Positions 1 to 13,113 of a stretch of 64,000 nt of DNA are shown here, piece after piece. The position numbers were made by a program, and so were the translations under genes. This DNA comes from Octopus vulgaris (Eukaryota): NCBI GenBank assembly GCA_951406725.2, contig OX597821.1, positions 117,428,001 to 117,492,000 of the forward strand, written 5' to 3'. Within the stretch, counting starts at the first letter, position 1; each line of letters starts with the position of its first letter. Under the pieces are notes generated by a model, which saw only the letters and a program-made list of their open reading frames with translations, made no database searches and had not been told where the DNA came from.

Positions 1-450
1 TTGGTGCTTGTATCATGGTTATGCAAAGTAGATGCTTCATTTGGTATATAATTAAGACTTGAATTTGGGTTAGTAAATTGCAATGTAGTTGAACGGTGGT
101 TAAAGACATGCCACTATATTGGGTTGGCAGCCGACTGCATATTGATTTGTGTTTGTGTGTATGTATGTGTGTGATTAGTTTGGATATGGTGTGATGTGTT
201 TTGGATGGTAAATAAGATGTGTGCATTTATGTATATGCATGTATGTGTTTGTGTATGAGAAAAAAATGGAAACAAAGATGTGTATACAGAGAGAGAGAGA
301 GAGAGAGGCACAATTATATCATCTTCATTGTCTTATGTTTTTCTGTGTCTGCGTGAGTAAGATGGAGTTTAATGAAACAGATTTTCTATGGCTGGACACC
401 CTTCTTGTTGCAATCTATATCTGTCCATCCACAAATGCTCACACACACAT

Positions 451-645
451 ATATGAAATTAAATATAAGGCAAAGGAACTGGAACTTATGCAGTGAACAT
501 CATTAGCTTACAGCTGTTTCTACTTTAAAGTGATGCACAAGCACCCACCTCTGGGTGCACTGCCTCTTATAGCAGAAACGGCTGTAAGCTAATGCAGTTC
601 ATTGTGTAATTTCCTGTTCCTTTGTCATTTATTTAAATTTCATAT
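451..645. repeat. Imperfect long inverted repeat (foldback/MITE-like)
   Basis: atatgaaatt..ggcaaaggaac..cattagcttacagctgtttct mirrored by agaaacggctgtaagctaatg..gttcctttgtc..aatttcatat. Confidence 0.7.
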
Positions 646-671
646 TTATGCTCTTTACTCAACTCTGTCTG

Positions 672-673
<2 letters not shown>

Positions 674-753
<80 letters not shown>

Positions 754-780
754 CATACATACATACATACATATTACATA
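674..780. repeat. (CT)n-(TA)n-(TACA)n compound microsatellite
   Basis: seen directly. Confidence 0.95.
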
Positions 781-1016
781 AGAACTGTTAATTTGTTGTA
801 CCTTTGATTTTTACATCTGCTAAAATAATCCAAATTTAGATAGGATTGTTTTTAATGAAGTTGTTAGTAGATGCTCTATCTGGAATAGTTTTCAATTTCA
901 GACATGTTTGGAATGAGTTAAAAAAAAAGGAAAAAAGTGACAACTGGATGTGAGCACTTTGTTCTTTGTTTAAAAGAAAGAAAAATTTCCATTTCCATTG
1001 ATAAAGATGTACTTTA

Positions 1017-1017
<1 letters not shown>

Positions 1018-1084
<67 letters not shown>
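1018..1084. repeat. (CTA)n microsatellite
   Basis: seen directly. Confidence 0.95.
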
Positions 1085-3986
1085 CACTCTGGTTAAAAGC
1101 TGAAATTTTCGGCAAAACTTCATCAAAGAATTCCTCGCTATAGATATACATGCATTAATTCATTTTGATGTCTGTACATCAAAGTGGGTTAAGAGAGAGC
1201 CTGAACCATGACTATAGACACTATGTTCTTGAACAAGGAATGCATTTAACTCACTGTCTACTTCCAGTTCATGGTTGAGCAGTTTCCAATTGGAATGACA
1301 TCTTGCGGTAAAATGGGTATGCCTTAATGATTATTCATAAATTAATGTACACATGTTCAGAAAGCATCTCGTGTTAATTTAGAAAAAGGAATGAATGAAA
1401 TGAGTTAGGCCATGAGGCTCTGTCTACCGCAATTATGTCAAGAGACCTTACTGTCTATATCAGTAAGCACTGTTACTTCAGTGTAGTATAAAACTAGTGA
1501 GTCAATATTGAAATTAGTGTGGTCACTCAGCCTGTTAGAAATAGCAGCTAAATCACCTATTTCTTCCCCCTCCCCTTCAGATTACTCTGTCAAATGTAAT
1601 TCTTATTCACATTGTTTAGAATTAATCATGCATTATCTTGTGGCTTTGAGTTTTCAATGATGTGCTTATATTTAGACTGACACAGGGTAGATGTGAAGGA
1701 CTGGCTCCTGATATGGCTATTTAAATGTAGAACTAGAAACCCCTAAAGAGGTAGGGCAGGTCATTGTTAGAAGGCCTTTGGTGATGGCTTGCTAGTTTAA
1801 GGCTTCCCCATGTTGTTAAACAGCCTCTATAGATCAAAAACTTAATCAAGGTTAGTTCACACCTGTCAACAATACTTTTAAAAGTTTAATTAGTCAGGTG
1901 GCATAGATGCCAAATCAATTGTGTTTATAATGAGCAGGAAGTATATAATAAATGGAACTAATTTACATAGCTGTGTAATTCATATTGCAATTATATTTAA
2001 TTACTTGGGCCGTAAAGCAATTTAAATGTGTATATATAAAATCCAATGAAACCAAAAGTGAATTTTTTTTTTTTTTTCAATCTAATTTAAAACTATATTT
2101 GTCTGATATTAAAAATAAAGACGATTGTATGTTGTGTGAATCTAGGACCTGATAATTCCAACAATTTCTCCAAATGACCTAATTCTATTTAGATCGATAC
2201 GTTTCTTTGTAATCTTAATATTTCTAGATCTTTCTCTTAAGATGCTTCATATATTTTCTTTTAATGGATAGTTTATCATCCATTACTGCTGTAAGTAGGT
2301 GTCAGTCCTGTTTTTGGAAAAAAAAAAAAAAAAGAGGGAGAGAGAGAGTATTCTGTTGGCATAATTTCTTCTAAGAGGTCTTGTAGATTGAATTTTATAT
2401 ATAATGTTATTTTCGTTTGTTTTAACTACCCCCACCCCCGCCATTTCTTTCTCTGTTCTTGTAGTCGTGTAATTGCTTCTTTTCAGGCTCCCCCCCCCCC
2501 CTTCATGCTTCATGCTTGACATTTCATCTATGTCTATCTAATTAGATTCCTCGTAATAAAAGATGTTTGAAAATATCCAAATTTAGATTGTTAGTCCTCA
2601 ATTAGAGTCCCTATAAGATTTTGGAGGGTCCAACCAAGCAAATTAGTAAATTGGGGATCCGCTGTAGTATTTTAAAGTTCCTTGAAAAAATTTTTTCTTT
2701 CAATTTATTTACTGCAAGAAACAGCTAGGTTTCTTTCTTTCAGGATTTACCTGGTTCATCATGTTTCCGGCGTTGGAAACATGCTCTCTCAGAGAGTATT
2801 ATTGCAAGCCTACACAGGTGAACACATGTAAAACAGAATCAGAATTTTGAAAGGAGTATCTATTAAATGAATTTTTAAACATTGAGTGGCTCTTGGGGGT
2901 CCACCGGAATAAAATGGTACTCTAAGGAGTCCGTAGACAGAAAATGGTTGAGAAGCACTGATTTAGATTATAAATGGTAAAGCTCTCTATAAAGCTGGTC
3001 TGTTGGCTTCTGGCAAGCAGTGTCCAGGTCATCCGATCCCTTGTAGATATTTCCACCTCACTTGTGTCAATAAAACCTGTTAGAAAAATTGGGAGTAACG
3101 TTTCTTCCATTTTCATCTCTTTCGAAATTGTTCAGATTCTATGTTTGACCCATGCAAGCATTGAAAAAGTGGATGTTTAAAACAAAATAACTATATATAT
3201 ATATATATATTTCATCATCATATGTCTGTTTTCCATGGTGGCATGGATTGTTTGACAAGAGCTGGCTGGGCTCCATATCTGTTTTGGCATAATTTCTCCA
3301 GCCAGATTCCCTTCCTGACACAACCATTTTACAGAATATAATATATATATATATTGTATTCACTGTTGTAGCTTCTCTCTACATATATGACCTGTTGAAC
3401 TGAGTGAAATTGTAGTCGTGGCCAATGACAGTGTCGTGTGACTGGCACCCTTGCTGGTGGCATGTAAAAAGCACCATTCAATTGTTAGGCCTCATGGAGG
3501 TAGCGCCAGGTGACTGAGACCCTTGGTGATATACTGTGCTTATGTTGACCCATCAAGCCAAGTGAGACCATAGGCATGGCTGAAGCCAGTGCCAGGTCAA
3601 TGGCACATAAAAAGTACCTACTACACTCTCGGAGTGGTTAGTGTTAGGAAGAGCATCCAGCTGTAGAAACCTTGCTGAACCTGGTGCAGCTCCCCAGCCT
3701 ACCAGTTTTCAGTCAAACTGTCCAACCCATGCCAGCATAGAAAGTAGACGTTCAACGATGATGATGATGGCACACACACACACATATATGACATTGCTCC
3801 AGTTCACTCAGCAGTAAATGAGTAACCCTGTGATGGTCTGGTGCTCCATTCAGAATGAATGTTTGTGGTCTTGGTTTCAATCTGTCATGAGTGACCAGTT
3901 CTATGAGTTCTAGGACATGAGACAGTTAAGTAATGTCCAGAGGTTGATGATGATAATGATAATCATATATGCTATGAAACTTAGTA

Positions 3987-4488
3987 CCGTAAATCCTTGA
4001 GTATAATCCGCATTTTTTCCCCAAAATTTAAAGGTCAAAATCCCTAGTGCATACCATATACAAGGTTAAAAATGAAAAATATTTTCTAAGCAATGTCCAA
4101 GTCTCTATTTGCTGTCCGGCAATGTTTATTCAGACGCATTTTGTGATGTCGGGTGCGAAAATACTTTAAGCTAAGCCCGAAAGCAATGAAGTCATAAAAG
4201 AATCATCCATAACTTGCAGTAAGCAACATTTATTAAAATAGAAGTATTCAGAACACAGAATACCACGTAACATAAACAATTTGCAAACATATTTACATTC
4301 CCATATAACAGTTAAGAACATCACAATTATTGAATTACGCTTGCACGGAAGTGTTTGTTCGATCAGGTGCTGCTGGCTTAATTACGCACGACTCAAGTTA
4401 GAGAAGCAGTGCGTATTTTCAGAGGTACAGCCCCTAAAAATCCCCTGCGTATTATACTCAAGGGCGGACTATACTCAAAGATTTACGG
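3987..4488. mobile_element. Tc1/mariner-superfamily (pogo/Tigger-like) MITE
   Basis: TIRs CCGTAAATCCTTGAGTATAATCCGC / GCGGACTATACTCAAAGATTTACGG; TA on both sides. Confidence 0.85.
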
Positions 4489-4880
4489 TATGTTGTAAAT
4501 GCACCTTAAAGCTAAATTGGCAAAAAAAGATCTGAAGGTTTCGTGATGTCTGCTTAAGTAGATGAGAGATAAATCTCATCACCAAATAACAGATCTATGG
4601 TCAATTCCGCAAATCTGCTTTTGTCTTCCACTGTAACTCAAGGCTGATCATATATTTGTACGTATGTACGTGCGTGTGTCTGTGTCTGCCCCTCCTTTAT
4701 CATATAACAGCAAGTGTTGTTTTGTTTACATTCCCTGTAAAAGAGAGTGATAGAATGAGTACTGTGACCGATTTGCTAAACTAAGACTCAAGACGGTGCC
4801 CCAGGATGGCTGCAGCCCAGTGACTGACAGGAGTAAAAGAAAAATGATATGTGTGAGTATATATATATGTATTATATATA

Positions 4881-6023
4881 CTAGCAAATCTACCCATCTA
4901 CGATGGAGGTACAAGTTGAGGGTGTGAAGTCATTACAGCATATGTATTGAGAAATGTGTGAATGGACTTGATCGATTCCTGGGTGATGTCTTAGAGAAAT
5001 CACATTATTGTTGGTGATGCAGCATTCATTCTGTTGCAGCTATACAACATGTGTTTGCGACTAAGTAACATGTAATGGTGATTCACTCCCCAACTGAAAT
5101 AGGCTCCCAGCCTCTGTATCATGAATGGTTATGTGGACCACTCCTAACGAAAGCCAGACCTTCCTTTCACCACTACATAAAAGGTTTTAAGAAAAAATGT
5201 TATTTAGATATACTTTTGTTTTAGCTGTTTACACTATTTAACGCTTGTTTATACTCTTATGCATTCAAAGTTCACAAATTTCCTTATTTAAATTATGAAT
5301 CATATTCCTTTCGATAATATCAACATGATTACAAAACTTCTTTGTAGACGATATTTTCTGTTTGGTCGACACTAATTTTCAAATTATTGGAGTCCCTTGC
5401 TCTACTCATTGCAACGTATAACTGGCCGTGTGTAAACATTGGAGTGGGTAAAAATACGTCTACATGATCTAAAGTCTGGCCCTGTGTCTTGTCTCTGAGC
5501 AGAATCTTTAGGGTTGCAAAATATCAAACTAAGACTTGCCTCTCACCATTCTATGCGAATAATGTCTGGATGTTCTGGTACCATGGGTTATTTTGATTGA
5601 CAAAACTGTGATGTAAACAACAGCTGCTTCGATTAGCCATTTTGAACCCTTCAAAACTGACACACTTCAATAACCAATAAATAATTACACACTGTATACT
5701 GACACACTTTTTCCATTATATTTTCGTTATTAACTGTCCTCGTGACCCCCTTTGTATCTATGATGGGGCCACGTTTTATATGATGAAAATCCAGAGTTAC
5801 TTGTAGTCGGTGAATTTTTGATAAAATTTCGAAGGTGGTTTATCAATTAAAAAATCGATATCCATGAAATAATCATACTTCCTGATTTTTTTCTGCTAAA
5901 ACCTTCTTGGTTACCTCCTTTGTAATCCCGAAAAAATTTCATAACCATTGGTCTAGCTGTCTGGCTGTGAAGGGGGAACAAAGAGATGGACAGACAGACA
6001 GGCATAACGCCCATTATAGTAAG
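4881..6023 (-). mobile_element. Non-autonomous Helitron carrying a RepHel remnant
   Basis: Minus-strand 3' end is hairpin CCATC-GTA-GATGG then CTAG|T; 5' end resembles (T)CTTACTATA but is degenerate; internal PIF1-helicase fragment. Confidence 0.8.
5329..5490 (-). pseudogene. Helitron PIF1-like helicase C-terminal fragment
   Basis: Translates KTQGQTLDHVDVFLPTPMFTHGQLYVAMSRARDSNNLKISVDQTENIVYKEVL*; matches KSQGQTL, HGQLYVAxSR and NIVYKEVL motifs of Helitron helicases. Confidence 0.9.
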
Positions 6024-7140
6024 TGTGTGATCTTTGAAATCATAAAATATTACTCAGTGTAATGTCTGTCACTCAGTGATGAGGCTTCAGTTGTTTGATC
6101 AACTGAATTACCTCCTCTTGGATTAATGCTTAAGTCACTAATTCACAGACCCTTGTATCCTTAATGTGATTTTAAGACAAAATCCTTGTAGCAATGTATG
6201 TGACAAGGCTGTACCATTTCAGGTTCCTTTACAGACACCGCCCAGTTTTACTTAGAAGGCATGGATTGGCCCGAGTGTAAAGAAAATGAAATTTGATCCA
6301 AGAGTTTCAATAGGAGCCTTTGGAGTTAGAACATTATTTCCAATGTTGCTCTGTCTGCTAAGATGCTTCATTGTTGTTGCAGAGTCTCTATCAGTTGCTT
6401 CTTTTCCATTTCATATTCCACTGCAGACACAGATGTGGCTGTGTGCTATTAAGTTTGTTTCCCAATCACATGACTTCAGATTCAATCCCCTTGTGTGCCA
6501 CCTTGGGCAAGTGTCTTCTACCATAGTCCTCGACTGACCAACACATTATGGATTTCGTAGACTGAAAAACTGATAGGTGTGTTGTGTGTGTGTGTGTTAC
6601 TGTCTTCTTTGTCTTGACATCACATGATAGTTGGAAATGAATGTCACCATCATGCAAGTGATGTCTTTTGCTTCCAGTCTTGTTACAACACCATCTCAGA
6701 TACTGTACTGATGGCATATAGCGTACACTTTTTCTGTTCCCCAAAACGTCTCAAGAAATATCACCCTAGCTCCTCTATGTGCAGTTGGGCCTCCCATAAA
6801 CTTTAAAGCACTAAAATCATTTGTTTCTTTTTTCCTGGATAGGCACTGCTGAAATTAGGGGTGTGTCTTTTATACCATAACATTTGGCAATCTATTGCTC
6901 TCTTTGCGGATCTTATTAATTTCTTAAATGAAACATCTCCTGTTTTATCATTCTAAATTGATGAGTTTTATTGGACTTCTTTCCATAAATTCAGTGTACA
7001 TTATATACAAGTATTACTTTCATATCTTCGCAAATTTATGCCTGTAAACTCCCAGCAAAATATGAAGAATCAACATTAAGAAATCTGTTTTGGAAACCTC
7101 CAAAATTAAAGGGCGAATCTACATTCAACCATGTTACACC

Positions 7141-7173
<33 letters not shown>

Positions 7174-7203
7174 GTATTTATATATATATATATATATATA
7201 AAA

Positions 7204-7317
7204 TATAGGTCAATCAGTAAGTTGTCATAATAATACTCAGAGTTTCAAATACTGGAGCAGAAAGCTTCTAGGCATTTTTCAACAGTTGTTTAGACAAGAA
7301 ACTCTGATTGTCCTATA
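7204..7317 (-). mobile_element. Small inverted-repeat-bounded element in (TA)n containing a hammerhead-like motif
   Basis: Ends tataggtcaatcag / ctgattgtcctata; minus-strand CTGTTGA...GAAAC...GTA core. Confidence 0.5.
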
Positions 7318-8282
7318 TTATTTATATATATATATATATATTAATATTATGTATGTACATATGCAGAGTTAATATGTTTATATTTATGGGGTAAAATGGC
7401 TCTAATAACCAATTAAATTGGTTTTGTGAAAATTTCTTCCCTTGCATCAACTTCTTAGCTCTCCATGATATGCATGAAATAATATTCCTATCATGTAAAA
7501 ACTCTGCAGTTTGCATTGTTCTTTGCTTGAATCACATTGAGCATAACTCCCTATCAACCTAATACTTGAAATTCATTTTATGTCTTTCCCAATGTAAGAT
7601 TCAGATATTTTTCTTTGTGTTTCTCCTACCACTTCAGTTAGGTGTATTCATTGTTGACTGAATGTTTTAGGTACCACTTCCAGTCCCCACCAAATGGTTT
7701 TAGGCTCAGTCCCACTGCATGGCACCATCGGTGAGAATCTCTTGGTATAGCCCTGGCTGACCAAATCCTTGTGAGATGGAAATTGAAAGAATTCTGTTGT
7801 GTATATAGATGTGTGTGCGCATGTGGGCATGCGCTTGTTACTATCTCCTTGCCTTGCCTGATAACTGTAAGCATGTGTCCCTGTCATGCAAATGGTGACT
7901 TTTGCTTCCAGTCTTCTATGGAAAGATGTTTGGCCATGAGGAAGTATAGTCTTATTTGCAAGCAGATGAGAGTGGTAAAAGGAAGGGCATCTGGCTGTAG
8001 AAAAATATGCCTCAACAAATGCTGTCTGAGTGATAGCCCCCCACCACTTCGACGCAGCAAAAGCAGTGATCCACCAGACACTTAAACCACCTCCCTTCAA
8101 ACACGAAAGAGTCAAGAGGATCTACGGCGACCATGGAGATAAAGTGAACAGAACTGCTGATTCGTCTCTAGCCAGGCATCAGCAGGTAACACTCAGCAGA
8201 CGTAGAAGTACTGGCTCTACAAGATCGACCAAGCCATAGACAGAACCTGCTGAAAGTGTGGAGTGGGAGAGGAGTTTTGATT

Positions 8283-8577
8283 TTTCAGCTGATATACCCT
8301 AGCCTTCATCAGGTGTCTTGGGGAAATTTATAAGCCCTAAAATTCACTCCATAATTGCCCACAGGCATATGGAGTAGTGGTTAAGAGTGCGGGCTGCTAA
8401 CCCCAAGATTCCGAGTTTGATCCCATAGTAATAATAACATCGAAAAATACCTTAGGAATGAGAACCCAGGTTCGAAATTTCCCCAAGACACCTGATGAAG
8501 GCTGGAGGGTATATCAGGTGAAACGTGTTAACAACAAACAAGATGAGAACAAATATCCATCAAATCTAAATAATGTA
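8283..8577 (+). mobile_element. Penelope-like 3' fragment with inverted pLTR piece, tRNA-like segment and degenerate hammerhead
   Basis: 8283-8329 is the reverse complement of ~8474-8523; body matches 29930-30181. Confidence 0.75.
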
Positions 8578-9514
8578 GAATATTTGAGTTGGATATGGCC
8601 AGTTTAAATGCTGAAGAGTTAAAGCATCCATCTTTATGATATTTAGATAGTTGAACTGTAAACTGACTGGATTACTACTTGATATACCTTACTGAGTAAA
8701 GAAGAATGCTAACCTGGAGAAAACAATGGTTTTTAGAGTTTTTATAATAAATAAAAGCTAATTAAAAATTAATTTTAATATTCACGTGTGTGTGTATTTA
8801 TGGCTTTATCCAAGCCATGGTACTTTGAATAAGCTAGAGATGGTACATAAGACAACTTTCCTTGTATGGCTTTCAATGGTTGAACGGACATGCAATCTGA
8901 ATTCTTATTGTGAGTCACTCGCCTGCAACACAGGATTGGGCCCCACATTGTGCATACTTGTTCTTTTCCTTTCAAGTTTACTGTTGGTTGATGAACACAT
9001 CTCACAGCTCCCTAAGTTTGACATGTGAAGTCAAGCAGAATAAATTAAAACAAGGGTTCATATGAGGAAGGGCATCTGACCATAGAAGACTGCCTCCAGA
9101 AGTTTCTTCTACCACATTAGCATATACAACCCCCCCCCCCCCCCCAAAAAAAAAACATTGAAATGACACACACACACACACACATCATCATCATCATCAT
9201 CATCATTATCATTTAACCTGCTGGCATGGGTTGGATGCTTTGACAGGAACTGGCAAGTCAGAAAACTACCTCAAGCTCTATCGTCAGCTTTGACATGGTT
9301 TCTGTAGTTGGATGCCCTTCCTACTGCCAACCATTTTGGTGCTTTTTATGTAGAACCATGTGTGTGTGTGTGTACATCACACACACAATGTATCATACTT
9401 AATGTATATGCACTGTTGTTGATAGGCCAGTTACTATGGTACTTGTCCTGAGATAACATCTCTTATTACATGCATGTACATGAGTGTATATGTACAATGA
9501 TAATTTTATGTGTA

Positions 9515-9547
<33 letters not shown>

Positions 9548-10204
9548 CTCCATCTGTGTGTGTTATGTTTACATATATAAATACATACACACACACACAC
9601 AGGGGAGTACATATATATGATCCATACCAGTGTGTGTAGTCATGTGGGTGGATGGGATGGGATGTATGTATATATTCTTGTATGTTTTTTTTTTACACGT
9701 GCATCTTTTTTGCATATATTTACACATATATCCATGCATTCATGAACATATATATTTGTACACACATTCACGCACTTATAAAATAATTACACACGTACAT
9801 ATATTGGAGAATATACATCAGTGTTTTTTTAAGCTTGACAAGTAACACTGCATTTGAAATCATTCTAATTGATAAAGGAAACCATAGCCTGCTGGAAAAT
9901 CACTTTTTAGATAATTAAAATCATTACTTAATTAAACGTTATAATTTCTCCATATGATACGGATGTTTTCGTTTTTTTTTTTCTTCTTCCTCGTTTTTTT
10001 GTTTTTATTTGCCCTTTGTGTATATTCCACAGCTACGTTCCGGGAAGCTTTGTAAATATTTAATATCTCTGTACACTGAATATTGTTATTGTCTGTTGTG
10101 GAGCTTGAATCATCCAAGTCACACAGACACAAGCAGGCAAGGCGTTTATTTTGTCTTTCCTCTAAATCTACTGAATTTGTCAATCTTATTGTTCGCACAC
10201 TCTC

Positions 10205-10239
<35 letters not shown>

Positions 10240-10377
10240 GCCTTGTCCTACATTTTTCTCTGCTGGCTTCACTTTGCCATTATAACCAGTGACAAAGGCA
10301 TTTCTTAGGTGTTGACTTATTCCTCCCTTCTCCGGTTTTTTTATTTTATTTTTTTATTTCCTTCCCTTCCGCTTACA

Positions 10378-10413
10378 ATGACAGGAGCAGACAGTCCTCC
10401 AGATCCTCTCTTT
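10378..10413 (+). CDS. TOP2: Candidate first coding exon of TOP2 (MTGADSPPDPLF)
   Basis: ATG with A at -3 (ttacaATG), 12 codons, then a phase-0 donor gtcagc compatible with the phase-0 acceptor at 15913. No homology support; inference only. Confidence 0.4.
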
Positions 10414-12741
10414 GTCAGCCAAGCACTTCACACTTAATTCTATTTCGGATAAGAGATCTAATTAGATTAATGCTTTACTCAATATTTTCTTTATACCTTA
10501 TATGAATATTATTCATTCATGACGCTAAACGATGATGATGATGATGAGGACATTTTTTGTTTAAAGCAGTTGCAGTACATCCTTGATTAGAACTCTTGTA
10601 GTAGGGATTACTTATTCCTTGAATGAACAAGCAATTCTTTCTTTGATGTCATTAAAGTCTTTTCCCATTTTTTCTTTGTTAAACTTCCACATTGCTTGCT
10701 AGGCTTCGGTTGGTTTCTTCCTTGAGCTTATTTATTTATCCCAGTTGTTTAGAAACTTGGATATTGAAGATTTTAGATAAAATTTTATGTGTAACTGTTT
10801 TCAATCCGTTTTTTATGTAGTATTCAGATCTCGAGAATCATATACAGGTAGATGAGAAAACACATCCTTGTACCTGCATATGTATACACAAGCGTTATGT
10901 GTGTGTGTGTGTGTGTGTATTGGGAAGCTCAGATATTCTCCGATATAAATAATTATAAATGCTTGTGATGGTTCAGTTGTTTAATTAAAATCTAATTCGT
11001 TTTCAATTATAAGGCTGTTTGGGCCACAAAATAAAAACAACAAAAAAAAATCTAATAAATGAATCGTCTCGTTGCACTTTGTAAATGGAATGAATAGTAG
11101 ATTCATTGGCACCAGGCTTGCAACCCACAGCCGTAAAGCTTCCAGCGTTAAGTTATTTTCTTGATCATCTTCACATGTTCCTGTAGAGAATACACTCATC
11201 TGCATTGTTTGTTAGGAGCAGATCCCTTTAGATATTTTCTGTTCGCTCATCCCATTTTGACGAGTATGATAGTATGTAAATCCATAGCAAATATACATAG
11301 CTTCATAACACAAGTGAGTGGCCGATGACAGTACCTCCTGATTGGCACTCGTGCCAGTGGAACGTTAAAAGCACATCCGAACGTGGGGTGTTACTGGCCT
11401 ACTTATGAGTACCCCTCATTCATTGGGCAATAAACTTTGCTTGTGAAGGCCTATTGAGGCAAGTGAAAACAAATCAGAATCGCTGACATGGCTGATGACA
11501 GTGCCGCCTGATTGGCACTCATGCCAGTGGAACGTTAAACACACATCTGAATGTGATCGTTGCTAGGGCCAGGGTCGTGGATTGGCTCCTGTGCAGGTAG
11601 CACGTAAAAAACACCTTTTGAGTGTAGTCATTGCCAGAACTACTTGTCTGGCCCTTGTGCCGATGTCATGTAAAAGCACCCACTATGGTGTTAGGAAGGA
11701 CATTCAGCTGTAGAAGCTTTGCCAGATCAGATTGGAACCTGATGTAGCCTCTGGCTCACCAGTCCTCAGTCAAACTGCCCAACCCATACCGGCATGGAAA
11801 GTGGACATTAAACGATGGCGATGATGATGATGATAGTCCTTGGACCTGTGCAGCTGAGCATTATGGGTAGCTTCTGGGGTGCATGCTTGCAGTACAACCA
11901 GTATCTTTGACAAATTGCGTACCTGTGTCATGAAAAATCAATCTGTGGTGAATGAATCAGTAATAAGCAAGGCTACATGTACTAATTATTAATTAAAACT
12001 TGTTCTGAATTGTTACACTGACCATTCACTGCTGTTTCAATTAAAAATTTGTGAATTATCAATGCACACACCCACATAGTCAAAAGACATGTCCCTCTCT
12101 CTGAATGACCTGCAGTAAATGGAACTGAATATTATTTGATATGGAGTCATCATTGTCATCATCATTTAATGTCTGTTTTCCATGCTGGCATGGGTTGGAC
12201 TGTCTGACTGAGAACTAGTAAGCGTCATCGAGGTTATCTCGGGACAATTAGAGCAGTAACTGGCCTATCAATATATTAAGTATGATACATAGAAGCTATT
12301 TTAATTTAATGTTACCTCAGTTGTGTATTTGGGATCTTCAACCAGAATTTAAAATTTAGTTACTGATCTGCTTTGCCAGAAGCATATTTTCTCCTCTATT
12401 CTTGTCACTACTTGTGTGATATGATTTGAAAGCAAATAAAATTAGTTGTGAAGTTACTACTTCTCCCTCGACACTTCGTTTATTGCTGACTTAAGATTAC
12501 ATGTAACATATTGAATTACACTGTCATCAGTATTGATAAATATATTTGCATTGTAAATATTACATTACACTGTAAGCACACACAACTAAGCTGCCAACAG
12601 CTTGTACATCTTGCTTTTCAAATGAGTTCTTGTAATGTCTGCTCATTAAGTGATTCCGGAAGTTGGAAATATTTTTCATGATTTTTTTTTTTTTGCAATT
12701 TATTAAAATTGATTGGAAATTTAAATTTTTTTTTATTTTCT

Positions 12742-13113
12742 TTCTTCTTACTTGTTTCAGTCATTAGACCATGGCCATACTGGGGCAGTCCCTTGAAGAA
12801 TTTTTAGTTGGATGAATTGATCCCAGGACTTATTTTTTTCTCAGTTGAGCCTAGTACTTATTCTATTGGTGTCTTTTGCTGCACCGATAAGTTTTGGGGA
12901 TGTAAACACAGCTGTCTAGCACTGGTGGTGGACAAACACTGACACACACACACACACATGGTAGGCTTCTTTCAGTTTCCGTCTACCAAATCCACTTTCA
13001 AGACTTTGGTTGGTCCAAGGCTATAGTCGAAGACACTTGCTCAAAGTGCCATGCAGTGGAACTGAACCTGGAACTATGTGGTTGGGAAGCAAGCTCCATA
13101 CCACATGATCACA
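12742..13113 (-). mobile_element. tRNA-derived SINE (family also at ~15380-15760+, 42763-43120-, 44440-44710-, 49468-49850+, 63968-64000+)
   Basis: Head gtggctgtgtggtaag...gggttcagtcccac (A/B boxes), central (TG)n, tail gactgaaacaagtaaaaga; approximate ends. Confidence 0.8.

Noticed and set aside
836-1126. Poly-Val ORF and the many YIYI/CVCV/THTH ORFs in the track
   Set aside because: Translations of microsatellites
2744-2817. Possible exon (tttcag ... cag|gtgaac)
   Set aside because: Appears to lie within a hAT-like repeat; no recognisable coding similarity
7648-8239. Overlapping 100-155 aa ORFs
   Set aside because: Composed of SINE and probable LINE fragments; no coherent gene structure
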